Source: Candidatus Woesearchaeota archaeon (GTDB lineage Archaea > Nanobdellota > Nanobdellia > Woesearchaeales > UBA583). Taken from it: 63,415 nucleotides of DNA. The stretch lies in assembly GCA_027858315.1 (NCBI GenBank), contig JAQICV010000041.1, positions 1-63,415 on the forward strand, read 5' to 3'. The notes under the pieces were generated by a model. That model saw nothing but the letters and a program-made list of their open reading frames with translations. It did no database searches and had not been told where the DNA came from. Shown here piece by piece: positions 46,722 through 56,042 of this stretch (the first letter of the stretch is position 1; each line of letters starts with the position of its first letter). Made by a program: the position numbers and the translations under genes.

Positions 46722-47321
46722 ATGAATGCAAGAACTTTTTTTGAGGAAATAATTGAAGAGCCAAACATTAAGAAGTATCTTGATTTTTTAAAATATCACC
46801 ATAATGAAACATATGAACACTCATTAAGAGTTGGAATGTATTCTACAATTATTGCATTCAACAAATTATTAGAGATTAATCAAGTAAGACTTGCAACAAT
46901 ATCTGGACTTTTTCATGATATAGGTAAATTAGGAATTCCAAAAGAAATATTATCTAAAACTACTAGTCTTAATGACAAAGAAAGGGAGATTATGAAAAAT
47001 CATTCAAAACTTGGGTTTGATTTTTTATTAAGTTTTCCTGTTGATATAAGAAAAATAATAATTGCCCATCATGAATATGATGAATTCCAATCTTATCCAA
47101 GAAAACATCATGTTGAAGAAGGAACACTTAAATTAAGAGAAAATAATTCAATAATTGACACAATTGCACAAATTGTTGCAATTTGTGATGTATATGATGC
47201 ATTATTAAATGAAAGGTCGTATAAAGATGCATATCCTAAAGAAAAAGTAATTGAAATGTTAAAAAATCCCAAATATTTATGGGACCAAAATATAATACTA
47301 ATTCTCGAAGAAAATATTTAA
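46722..47321 (+). CDS. stand-alone HD-GYP-like (HD superfamily) phosphohydrolase
   Basis: 'EHSLRV', 'LFHDIGKLGIP' (HD at 46914-46919), 'NHSKLG', 'HHEYDEFQSYP' (47067-47096) and 'CDVYDALLNERSYK'. The GYP motif is degenerate (SYP). Confidence 0.7.
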   Translation: MNARTFFEEIIEEPNIKKYLDFLKYHHNETYEHSLRVGMYSTIIAFNKLLEINQVRLATISGLFHDIGKLGIPKEILSKTTSLNDKEREIMKNHSKLGFDFLLSFPVDIRKIIIAHHEYDEFQSYPRKHHVEEGTLKLRENNSIIDTIAQIVAICDVYDALLNERSYKDAYPKEKVIEMLKNPKYLWDQNIILILEENI

Positions 47322-47374
47322 TTTAATTATTCGAGAAACTCAACAATGATAATTTAAAATTCTCAAGCAGATTT

Positions 47375-48307
47375 TTATTCTAAAAATTCGACATCATCAA
47401 CAATTCCATCTGAATCTAAATCTATACCTTCAACTACTTTACTTTCGATTTTTGAGTCAAATATGTTCCCACCTTTAATATTAGAAAAATATTTTAAAAA
47501 AGATAGAATTGCAGACTTTGTACCTGCATTCCTAAGTCCTGCAACTATGAGTATTTTTTTATCTTTATTATAAGGATTAGATATTTTATTAATAATTCCA
47601 ATTTCATCATTAAAATATGTTTTTTTAGTTATATTAGAATAAATTCCTTTTTTTTCTTCATCAAAAAATATTGGCATTTGGTCATTAATCTCCAAAGTTA
47701 CCTTATTAACAATTGGGCCTCCTATAACAATTAAATTATTATCCTCAATTTGTTTTTGAGAAATTTCAGTATCAAGCATTACTTTACTATTAGGAACATA
47801 ATTTAGAAAACTACCTAAAAAAAGTGCAAGGTCCATACCAAAATATCCGTCTCTTGAACGAGCTTTTTGAGGTCCATGAGGATCAGGAGAACCAACAACT
47901 ATAATTGAATTTAATTCACCTTTCTCAATAAATGGATTAAGATAATTTGATTCTTTTTCATGAATACTCGTAGTTTCTCTAAAATCTTTAAATCTAAAAA
48001 AAAATGAATCTGAAGAAGTAGTATAAAAATTCGCATTTGTTCCATTAATATTTTCTTTTCTTTCTATTTCAATTATTTTAGTTTTTTCTAGCTTTTTAAT
48101 ATAATAATAAATATTTTGTTCATGAACATTTAAGGCCTTTGCAATTTGTTTTGGGTACATAGGTTCTTCAGAAATTAATTTTAGGATTTCACGAATAACT
48201 TTATTATTTAAATTTTCAATATTCTCAATGTCAATTTCACAAGTATCTAAAGCATAATTTTTATTTTTCTCTTCTTTTAATATTTTCATAGTTAGTATTA
48301 GTTTCAA
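47375..48307 (-). CDS. winged-helix (ArsR-like) transcriptional regulator with a large C-terminal domain
   Basis: wHTH 'YPKQIAKALNVHEQNIYYYIKKLEKTKIIE' followed by about 200 aa of unassigned alpha/beta-like sequence. Confidence 0.6.
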   Translation of the reverse strand: MKLILTMKILKEEKNKNYALDTCEIDIENIENLNNKVIREILKLISEEPMYPKQIAKALNVHEQNIYYYIKKLEKTKIIEIERKENINGTNANFYTTSSDSFFFRFKDFRETTSIHEKESNYLNPFIEKGELNSIIVVGSPDPHGPQKARSRDGYFGMDLALFLGSFLNYVPNSKVMLDTEISQKQIEDNNLIVIGGPIVNKVTLEINDQMPIFFDEEKKGIYSNITKKTYFNDEIGIINKISNPYNKDKKILIVAGLRNAGTKSAILSFLKYFSNIKGGNIFDSKIESKVVEGIDLDSDGIVDDVEFLE

Positions 48308-48559
48308 TCTTTTATAAATTTATTCATAATAGTATTATGATTTTTTTAAAACCCTTTATAAGCTAAAAATCTTTAGTAATAAGTATTATGAAATTAGTAA
48401 AAAATTATAAAGTTAATATATTAAGCTTAAATTTAGCAAAAGAGTTTATAAGTAGTAAATTTTTTAGATTAAATATGCAAGATTTACATTCTAAAAAAGG
48501 TTTAAATAATATTTCTCAATTAGAATTTAATAGAAAAAATTTAAGAGGTTTATTTTAGA

Positions 48560-50317
48560 ATGTGTGGAATAATAGGTAGGTTATCTATAAATAATCTAGA
48601 TCCAAGAAAAACACTTGAAGGAATCAAAGAATTAGAGTACAGAGGTTATGATTCATATGGTATTTTAATGTATAATTGTTTAACTGAAGAAAGTATCTAT
48701 GAAAAAAATATAGGTGAACTTGATTTCATGGATTTTCATAAATTTTCAGACATAAAAAGCAATATTGAATTAGGACATACAAGGTGGGCCACCCATGGTG
48801 GAATTTCAATAAATAATGCCCACCCTCAATTTGATTCATCAGAAAATTTTTTTGTAGTTATGAATGGAATAGTTGAAAACTTTTCAGAGGTTAGAGAAAG
48901 ACTCAAAAATTTTGGTCATAAATTTATCTCCGATACAGACACAGAAGTAATTCCAATGCTATACTCTTATTTTTTTGAAGATTTTGGTGATATACGAAAA
49001 AGTTTAATTGAAGCCTCAAAAAAAGTAATTCAAGAATTACAAGGGGAATTTTCATTTCTATTAAAATATAAAAATTATGTACTTGGATATAAAAATATTA
49101 ATCCTTTAATTTTTGGTATAGGTAATGACGAATTATTTATTTCAAGTGATTCAAACTTAGTTCAAAAAAATTCTGAGCTACATTTCATATTAGATGATGA
49201 TGAGTTTTTTTTGGCATCAGTTATAGATAATAATTTATCTTTTGAATTTTATAACCTAGCATTTAAAAGAATCTCAAAGCAGAGTTATAAATCAGAACAT
49301 ATTTTCGACTCTACTGAAAAATTGACGACTTATTATATGGAAAAAGAGATTTTAGAGCAACGAGATTTAAAAAATTTCATAACTCCTTCAAATCTTAAAA
49401 GTATAAGTTATTTACTAGATAGGATAAAAAAGAAAAAAAGAATAATATTAACTGGTGCAGGTACTTCATATCATGCAGCTATTTTTTTACACTATAGATT
49501 ACTTAGTCTTGGAATATTATCTCAACTAGTTATAGCATCAGAACTTAAAAATTATGCAAATGTAATAAAAAATTCATTGGTAGTAGTATTTTCACAATCA
49601 GGAGAAACTGCAGATTTAATTTATCCTCTAAAAGAATTAAAAAAAAAAAATGAGATTTTCACAGTAACAAATAGTATAAATTCGACTCTTGATAGGTTTG
49701 CAACAAATAGTGTATATCTAAATTGTGAAAAAGAAATATCTGTAGCATCAACAAAAGCTTTCACTTCTCAAATATTTTTCTCAAAAGTAATTGAGAATCT
49801 ATACATAGAAGAAGATTTAGGAGTATTTATTGAGCGTTATGAGAGAGATTTCGAAGAAGTTATATCTAACAATCAAGGAGTTCTAGATAATATCTGTTTC
49901 GACTTTAGAGACCAAAAAAGTTTCTTTTTTATTGGAAGAAATTCTTACTATCCTCTAGCACTTGAAGGAGCTCTAAAATTAAAAGAAATTTCATATATTC
50001 ATGCTGAAGGTTTTGCAGGAGGAGAACTTAAGCATGGAAGTTTAGCTTTAATTGAAAGTGGAGTTCCTGTAGTTGTAATTGGAGATGATTCTGAAATTTT
50101 ATCAAATGCACTTGAAATTAAAACTCGTTGTGGGATTATAATTGGAATAGGTAGTAAAAATCATGAAATATACGATTATTACCTTGAAGTTCCTGAAAAT
50201 TTTAAAGCGATATTTACAGTAATTTTAATGCAGATTTTATCATTAAAAATGACTTTAGTATTAGGATTTAACCCAGACAAGCCTAGAAATTTGGCGAAAA
50301 GTGTAACAGTTAAGTAA
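48560..50317 (+). CDS. glmS: glutamine--fructose-6-phosphate aminotransferase (isomerising)
   Basis: 'MCGIIG' Ntn nucleophile, 'GHTRWATHG', and two SIS domains ('GAGTSYHA', 'SQSGETAD'). Confidence 0.9.
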   Translation: MCGIIGRLSINNLDPRKTLEGIKELEYRGYDSYGILMYNCLTEESIYEKNIGELDFMDFHKFSDIKSNIELGHTRWATHGGISINNAHPQFDSSENFFVVMNGIVENFSEVRERLKNFGHKFISDTDTEVIPMLYSYFFEDFGDIRKSLIEASKKVIQELQGEFSFLLKYKNYVLGYKNINPLIFGIGNDELFISSDSNLVQKNSELHFILDDDEFFLASVIDNNLSFEFYNLAFKRISKQSYKSEHIFDSTEKLTTYYMEKEILEQRDLKNFITPSNLKSISYLLDRIKKKKRIILTGAGTSYHAAIFLHYRLLSLGILSQLVIASELKNYANVIKNSLVVVFSQSGETADLIYPLKELKKKNEIFTVTNSINSTLDRFATNSVYLNCEKEISVASTKAFTSQIFFSKVIENLYIEEDLGVFIERYERDFEEVISNNQGVLDNICFDFRDQKSFFFIGRNSYYPLALEGALKLKEISYIHAEGFAGGELKHGSLALIESGVPVVVIGDDSEILSNALEIKTRCGIIIGIGSKNHEIYDYYLEVPENFKAIFTVILMQILSLKMTLVLGFNPDKPRNLAKSVTVK

Positions 50318-50360
50318 AATGAATGAATTAATTCATTAGTTACTTTGTTTATGAACAAAG

Positions 50361-50368
50361 TTTATAAA
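50361..50368 (+). promoter_or_regulatory. TATA box for rpl18e
   Basis: 'tttataaa' lies 25-32 nt upstream of the ATG at 50393. Confidence 0.5.
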
Positions 50369-50392
50369 TCCAATTTCATTTTCTTTTGTATC

Positions 50393-50761
50393 ATGGCGCA
50401 AGTTCCAAAAACAAAAACAACAAACAAGGTTCTATTTGATACCGTTCAAGATTTAAGAAAATTATCTAATAAGACTGGTGTTAAGGTGTGGAAAGCAGTG
50501 GCAGTAAAATTAGCTGGTCCTGCGAGTCAAAGGTCACAAGTAAATGTTGGTAAAATTGACAAGTTAGTAAAAGATTCAGAAACAATTATTGTTTGTGGAA
50601 AAATTTTAGGTGACGGTTTATTATCTAAAAAAGTAACTGTAGTTGCACTTAGTGCATCAGATAGCGCAGTTGCAAAAATCGAGAAAGCAGGTGGTAAATT
50701 TGTAAAAATTAAAGATCACATTGCAAAAACTCCAGATAACAAACTAAGAATTATTGCATAG
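50393..50761 (+). CDS. rpl18e: 50S ribosomal protein L18e (eL18)
   Basis: 122 aa from the internal ATG (MAQVPKTKTTNK...). 'VNVGKIDKL' and 'VVALSASDSAVAKIEKAGG' are eL18-like. Confidence 0.8.
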   Translation: MAQVPKTKTTNKVLFDTVQDLRKLSNKTGVKVWKAVAVKLAGPASQRSQVNVGKIDKLVKDSETIIVCGKILGDGLLSKKVTVVALSASDSAVAKIEKAGGKFVKIKDHIAKTPDNKLRIIA

Positions 50762-50785
50762 TCGATGAATGAATCGACCACCGAA

Positions 50786-50801
50786 AAAGACTTAGTCTTT
50801 T
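50786..50801 (+). terminator. short hairpin plus T-run after rpl18e
   Basis: 'aaagac tta gtctttt'; preceded by a 5-bp hairpin gtcga/tcgac at 50761-50778. Confidence 0.35.
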
Positions 50802-50830
50802 GACCGTGATTAATTCAAATTATTTTTTAT

Positions 50831-50905
50831 AGCGAAGTGGAGCAGTTAGGAGTGCTCGCAGGGCTCATAACCCTGAGGTCAGTGGTTCAAATCCACTCTT
50901 CGCTA
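50831..50905 (+). tRNA. tRNA-Met (anticodon CAT), initiator-like
   Basis: Full cloverleaf: acceptor AGCGAAG/CTTCGCT, D stem GAGC/GCTC, anticodon stem CAGGG/CCCTG with loop CTCATAA, T stem AGTGG/CCACT with loop TTCAAAT, discriminator A. The A1:U72 pair and three G:C pairs next to the anticodon loop are archaeal initiator hallmarks. No encoded CCA and no intron. Confidence 0.9.
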
Positions 50906-51017
50906 CTCAAGGAAGATCCGTTTATTGGGTCAGACCTATATTTCTAAAATAACTAAAATTTAAATACAAATTTCACTATTTTTATTAAATTTTCAAAAAA
51001 ATTAAACAATAAATATT

Positions 51018-51377
51018 TTAGAATTTTAAATATTTATCTGCATAAGAACCAACAATAGGTATCTCATCATTTTTCCCATTAATTGAATTAACAAGTCCAA
51101 TTATCCATAATACAAATATTGTGATACTAACAATTACTTCTATAAATATAATTATAGGTATCAATACTATAGTAAAAGCCAAAATGCTGCCTAAAATTGC
51201 AAAGGCAATGTTAAATACTAATGATATAATTAGTAAATTTAAAGCTTGTTTAGTATGGAATTTCACATAAGAACTTTTTTTCATTTTCTCATCAGCAAAA
51301 TACCATATAATTCCAACTAGGAAATAGGCTAAAATTGAGACTAGCTTTTCATTTTATATATTTTCTGTTTTTGCCAT
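51018..51377 (-). pseudogene. DUF4870-like membrane protein interrupted by an in-frame TAA at codon 8
   Basis: The ATG at 51377-51375 lies 21-30 nt from the TATA at 51398-51407. Reading MAKTENI-TAA(51356-51354)-NEKLVSILAYFLVGIIWYFADEK runs in frame into the track ORF (MKKSSYVKFHTKQALNL...). The first TM of the family lies upstream of the track start. Confidence 0.5.
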
Positions 51378-51427
51378 TCTATAATATAAACTTAGCAATT
51401 TATAAAGTTGAGCACTATTAAAATATT

Positions 51428-52027
51428 TTACAACTTCAAATTTCTTCTATATCTAATTATTTTAAGTGCTTTAAGCATTGGATGACTATTATTATTATTT
51501 TTAATACATTCTTCTTTAAATTTAAAATAGTATAAATCTAATTTATCATTAGTTAATTTACTCAAATATTCAAACTTTGAATCTAATTCCTCATTTACTA
51601 TTGAATCACTTTTAATGTTATTAATAGAAAATACTTCAGATGAATCTTTAGATTCTCCAAAATCAAATAAATTCTTTTTTTTTTTAGTCTTTTTCAATTT
51701 AGACTCATATTGATTCATAATTGTAAAAAGGTCTTTAATTCCTCTCGTAATCTGCCTTATATCTTCCTGAATTGCTTGAGCAATAGCTCCAAGGTTCTTT
51801 TCAGCATTTTTTTGGCTTTTACATCTAAAAATAAATTCTTTACCATTAATAACCCATAATACTTGTGCAAAATCATCATCATACTCAATTTCAATATAAT
51901 CTTTCAAAACTCCAATTTTGCTCAAAGCAGAAATAATTTGATTTTCATAATATTCAACAGATTTTAGTCCTTCAAACTCATGTGGTTTAAATATTAATGT
52001 TTTTCCATTGATATTATACTCTTTCAT
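51428..52027 (-). CDS. hypothetical protein
   Basis: 199-aa ORF with no motif recognised. Confidence 0.4.
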   Translation of the reverse strand: MKEYNINGKTLIFKPHEFEGLKSVEYYENQIISALSKIGVLKDYIEIEYDDDFAQVLWVINGKEFIFRCKSQKNAEKNLGAIAQAIQEDIRQITRGIKDLFTIMNQYESKLKKTKKKKNLFDFGESKDSSEVFSINNIKSDSIVNEELDSKFEYLSKLTNDKLDLYYFKFKEECIKNNNNSHPMLKALKIIRYRRNLKL

Positions 52028-52070
52028 ATAAATAAAAATTATGTTTAAGATTTATAAAATTTGAGTTTCC

Positions 52071-52619
52071 TCAAAATCCACTATTCTCAGCCAAATATTT
52101 AATCTCTTCAATAGTCGACTCTCTACCTAAAATTTCATTTCTATATGGAAATCTTCCAAATTCTTTAATAATTTCTTTATGTAGATTAGCATATTTCGTA
52201 CTCTCTTTCAAATCTAATCCTTTCTCTTTAGCCATTTCTTCAAAAAATTCAACACACTTTTCTTGTTCATTCAAGCTCTCAGAGTGCATAAATGGCATAT
52301 AAAAAAAATTTCTTCCTCTTTTAACTTTTTTATTAAAACCTTTTTCAATTGCTCTTTTAGCAACATTTAGAGCTAAATTATCACTTGCAAAGCTTTTAGT
52401 AGTTCCTCTATACATATTCCTAGGAAATTGATCAAGTAGAATAATCAAAGCAAGAGTAGACTCTGGATCCTCTTCCCAAGATGTAAGTCCCAGATTTATA
52501 GCTTTATAGTACAAATCTTCAAACTTCTCACGAATTTTTTTATCTAATTCAGGATTCTTCTCAAACCATGCTTTAGGCTCTAAATTAAACCAAAACTCTA
52601 TTACATCTTTAGATTCCAT
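52071..52619 (-). CDS. DUF924 family protein
   Basis: 'LALIILLDQFPRNMYRG', 'FFYMPFMHSE' and 'HKEIIKEFGRFPYRNEILGRESTIEE' match the DUF924 signature. Confidence 0.9.
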   Translation of the reverse strand: MESKDVIEFWFNLEPKAWFEKNPELDKKIREKFEDLYYKAINLGLTSWEEDPESTLALIILLDQFPRNMYRGTTKSFASDNLALNVAKRAIEKGFNKKVKRGRNFFYMPFMHSESLNEQEKCVEFFEEMAKEKGLDLKESTKYANLHKEIIKEFGRFPYRNEILGRESTIEEIKYLAENSGF

Positions 52620-52829
52620 TATCGGATATGGTTTTTCAAATTTATAAAATTAAGCAAATAAAACCAATAATATTATAAATAAAACTATTCTCTCTATTCT
52701 TAGCATAGTAAAAATAAAATAATATTAATAATACATAATTTTGAATAAAATTACAAATTTTATATCAATGTTTTATTATACATGCAAAAAGTGGCTATTA
52801 ATAACGGTCAATGAATAGGTATTAAACAA

Positions 52830-52982
52830 ATGATTTGTAAAAGTTGTAATAGTAATAAAATAATAACACGAAAAAATTATTCTCATGGTAAAGCATCTGG
52901 GGGAAAGAAAGTTCTGTCCTGTAAAGAATGTGGTTCAAGTGATATTGAATTACCAAGAAGTAATAATTTTAGGAGAAGATAA
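52830..52982 (+). CDS. candidate 50-aa zinc-ribbon protein (below the ORF-track size cut-off)
   Basis: MICKSCNSNK...LSCKECGSSD...: two CxxC pairs 24 residues apart. The stop lies 2 nt before the csp ATG. Confidence 0.45.
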   Translation: MICKSCNSNKIITRKNYSHGKASGGKKVLSCKECGSSDIELPRSNNFRRR

Positions 52983-52984
52983 AA

Positions 52985-53200
52985 ATGAAAGGAACAGTTA
53001 AATTTTTTAACCAATTAAAAGGCTTTGGATTCATCAAAGCTGAAGACGAGAAAGAGTACTTCGTTCACATCTCAGGTATTGAGGGTGGAGTAGAATTAAA
53101 TGAGGGAGATAATGTAGATTTCGAAACTCAAAAAGATGACAGAGGATTAAAAGCAGTTAATGTAAAAATTGGTGCTGAATCTTCAGATTCTGAAGAATAA
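52985..53200 (+). CDS. csp: cold-shock domain protein (CspA family) with an acidic tail
   Basis: 'GTVKFFNQLKGFGFI' (RNP1-like) and 'YFVHIS' (RNP2-like); 71 aa. Confidence 0.9.
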   Translation: MKGTVKFFNQLKGFGFIKAEDEKEYFVHISGIEGGVELNEGDNVDFETQKDDRGLKAVNVKIGAESSDSEE

Positions 53201-53271
53201 ATATTTTATTCTTTTTAAACAAACAAAAATTCTAAATAAAATATAAATTACTTGTAATTTTACTATTAAAT

Positions 53272-53910
53272 TCAAACCAAACTATCTCTACCACTAAAAG
53301 GCACAAATCTCACAGATATAGATTTCATTACAAGTTTAAGTTCATCAGCACTTTTAACATACTTTGTAAGCCTTTGAGAATGCAAGTCTCCTTCAGGTAA
53401 GACTATCACTCCTCCTTCTTTCAAAGATTTGATAATACTTATTGGCACTTTATCTATTGCTGTAGTAATTATTGCTTTATCGAAATAATTTTCTTCTTGA
53501 ACATCAGAACCATCTATACATTTAATAACAACATTATCTATTTTAGATTGTTTCAAGTTATTTTTTGCAAAATTACAAAGCTCTGGAATAATCTCGTAAC
53601 TAATTACCTTACTAACAATTTTGCTTAAAATCGCTGATTGGTATCCACTACCAGTTCCAATTTCTAAAACTAAATCATATTCATCTAAATTTAGCATCTG
53701 AGTCATATACGCAACAACAAAAGGTTGAGAAATGCTCTGTAATGCGCAAATAGGTAATGCAGAATCTAAATAAGCGTAATCTTTATTTTCTTTTAAAACA
53801 AAATTTTCTCTTGGAACTTCAAGCAATGCATTTAATACATTCTTATCAACAATTCCTTGAGATTTTAGATAAAATGTTAAAATCTCCCTTTCTTGTTTCC
53901 TAGTTTTCAT
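53272..53910 (-). CDS. pcm: protein-L-isoaspartate O-methyltransferase
   Basis: 'SISQPFVVAYM', 'VLEIGTGSGYQSAIL' and 'FDKAIITTA'. Confidence 0.85.
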   Translation of the reverse strand: MKTRKQEREILTFYLKSQGIVDKNVLNALLEVPRENFVLKENKDYAYLDSALPICALQSISQPFVVAYMTQMLNLDEYDLVLEIGTGSGYQSAILSKIVSKVISYEIIPELCNFAKNNLKQSKIDNVVIKCIDGSDVQEENYFDKAIITTAIDKVPISIIKSLKEGGVIVLPEGDLHSQRLTKYVKSADELKLVMKSISVRFVPFSGRDSLV

Positions 53911-54488
53911 TTGATTAATTTATTTTTATCATCTTTAAATATTCTAAGCGCAATCCATACAATAAGTATAAATTCAACAAGTAATATTGCAGGTCTTGCA
54001 TATCTTCCCATATCAGAAAAATACTGTGCAGTACCAAAAAAAACGGTACTTATTCCACCAATTAAAAGACCTGATATAATCCAATCTGTAGCATTTTTCT
54101 TAGATGTTGTATACATTCCAACAATAATTGCAATAAGTCCCATAACACTCGTTACAATAAATCCTAAAAGTCTAAAATCTTTTGATGCTTTATTATATTC
54201 TGCTTGACAAGTATTACATTCATAACTTATAGGACAATTTACGCTATCATATGTATATTCTATAAAACCTTCACTCTGACTACAAATCAATTGTTCTTCT
54301 TTAGAAGGATTTTCAAATAGAGGACAAGAATCATTGCCTTGCTTGTCAATAAAAGGTCTTGAATCCTGAGCGCAATAATCATTGTAATTAGGTTGTGGTT
54401 TAATCAGCTCAACAACACTAAAACTAAAAAGAGTAAAAATTATCACGATAATAATTATAATTCCATATTTCTTAACTTTGTCTATCAT
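53907..54488 (-). CDS. membrane protein with a Cys-rich extracytoplasmic loop
   Basis: N-terminal TM, a loop with 8 Cys, then 3 TM helices. 4-nt overlap with pcm. Confidence 0.5.
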   Translation of the reverse strand: MIDKVKKYGIIIIIVIIFTLFSFSVVELIKPQPNYNDYCAQDSRPFIDKQGNDSCPLFENPSKEEQLICSQSEGFIEYTYDSVNCPISYECNTCQAEYNKASKDFRLLGFIVTSVMGLIAIIVGMYTTSKKNATDWIISGLLIGGISTVFFGTAQYFSDMGRYARPAILLVEFILIVWIALRIFKDDKNKLIK

Positions 54489-54584
54489 ATCAGGAGTATA
54501 TGATTTGTGAATTTATAAAATTAACTTGAAATATTAGTAATTTGAGAAAAGAAGAGATAGATTTAATTATTTTCAATAAAATAA

Positions 54585-55369
54585 TTAACTAAACCAACCT
54601 TTAAACCCTGTCCACATTTTTGAAAACATATTTTTAGATTGAACTTGATTTACTTGTTGTACATTATTTTCATTAATTTGATTAACTCCATTATCTGCAG
54701 CATTAGAATTCTTATTCTGACTACTTACTTGAGTTTGAGCTCCTTGAGAATCATATTGAGTTCCAGTTTCCATATCACCTGATAAAATTAAATTATAATC
54801 TTCTTCAGTAATAAATTGAGGCTCATAAACTCCACCATTTCTTTCAAGCAATCTAATAAATCTTGTAAATCTTTAATATCTAAATCTTCAACTGTTGCTC
54901 CAACACTTAGTGCATCAACTAATGAATTTGAACCTTGTTCTACTAATTGATTATACAAATCTTGTAATTCTTGATTTTCAAATACTCCTCTTTCATCATT
55001 TGTCATTGGGTCTTCAATATCATACTTATCTAAAAGAGATTTAACTGCAGTAGTATGTGTTTGTTCACTACTTGCAATATTTGTGAAAATTTGTTGAGAC
55101 CAAATATCATAAAGTTCTAAATAAACATCTCTTGCTAACTTTTCTTCTTCTTTCATAAGCAATAAACCATTCATCTCTTCCTGGCTTAATTCTTCAATTG
55201 GATATGCATCAATTTGAGTTTGATGATCTACTTGAGTATCATCATAAATTAAGTAAACCTGTCCACCTTGATTCTTTCCAAAACCTTTGCCTTGTTGTCC
55301 ATTACCATTAAATGCAAATGTGCTACTGCTCATTAAAATAACTAAAAACAGATCAATTATTATTTTCAT
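54585..55369 (-). pseudogene. DUF2202 (ferritin-like) secreted protein, frameshifted and internally deleted
   Basis: ORF 54788..55369 carries the signal peptide and first half ('EEEKLARDVYLELYD...SSEQTHTTAV'). ORF 54585..54851, in another frame, carries the family C-terminus ('LERNGGVYEPQFITEEDY'). The expected second 'S.NHLRAF' helix is missing. The junction is at about 54845-54862. Confidence 0.5.
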
Positions 55370-55445
55370 TGTATTTTATCAATTTGTTATATTTTTCTAT
55401 GTTTGAAACAAGATATATATATTATTGAAACCTATATACTTAAAT

Positions 55446-56042
55446 CTACGCATAATCAACTTTAATCAGGAAATAGATTTTTCTTGTCACAAAAAATCCT
55501 ATCAGAAGTAGAAATATTAATAATGAGAAATCAGAAATCAGAGTAAGCAATTCTCCCCATGTTTCTTTAAAGAAAAACCCTAATGAAGCAAATATAGTTG
55601 CATATAGAATCTCCCCAAATATTATAAATATTATAAACTTTTTAAAATCAAACTTATTCAATCCGGCTATATAATTCATAGCAGGTCCAAGTCCAGTAAT
55701 TAAAAATCTAGTAAAAAATATACTAGAACTTCCATATTTACTCATTGCTTTCTCACTTTTGTTATAATTTTTTGAAATAAACTTCTTATGTTTATATTTT
55801 TCTAATAATTTGCTTCCATATTTCTCACCTATTTTATATGCAAAAATATCTCCAGTAATTGTAAAAATAATAATAATTAATATTATCAAGAAAAGATATG
55901 AAATACTATAAGTAGAAGAACCTGCAAACATAATCAAAAAAATTGCTCCAAGTGGAACTCCAATTTGAGAGAAAAAAGTAAAGAATGAAAGAGCAAAAAT
56001 AATATTCTCTTCAAAATAATCAAATATAAAATCTAAACTCAT
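55446..56042 (-). CDS. DedA/SNARE-associated family membrane protein
   Basis: 198 aa, 5-6 TM helices; 'GDIFAYKIGEKYG' and 'FFTRFLITGLGPAMNYIAGL' resemble DedA motifs. Confidence 0.65.
   Translation of the reverse strand: MSLDFIFDYFEENIIFALSFFTFFSQIGVPLGAIFLIMFAGSSTYSISYLFLIILIIIIFTITGDIFAYKIGEKYGSKLLEKYKHKKFISKNYNKSEKAMSKYGSSSIFFTRFLITGLGPAMNYIAGLNKFDFKKFIIFIIFGEILYATIFASLGFFFKETWGELLTLISDFSLLIFLLLIGFFVTRKIYFLIKVDYA

Noticed and set aside
48388-48558. A 56-codon ORF (MKLVKNYKVNILSLNLAKEF...) ending 1 nt before glmS, or a glmS-ribozyme-like leader.
   Set aside because: It is a Lys/Asn/Leu-rich translation typical of AT-rich spacer, with no motif and no TATA at the usual distance. The glmS ribozyme core is G+C-rich and is not recognisable here. 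It remains an unverified possibility only.
50831-52619. Integrated element next to the tRNA-Met gene (a run of small minus-strand genes downstream).
   Set aside because: There is no integrase or recombinase, no direct repeat of the tRNA 3' end, and no compositional shift. The genes are ordinary small membrane or DUF proteins.
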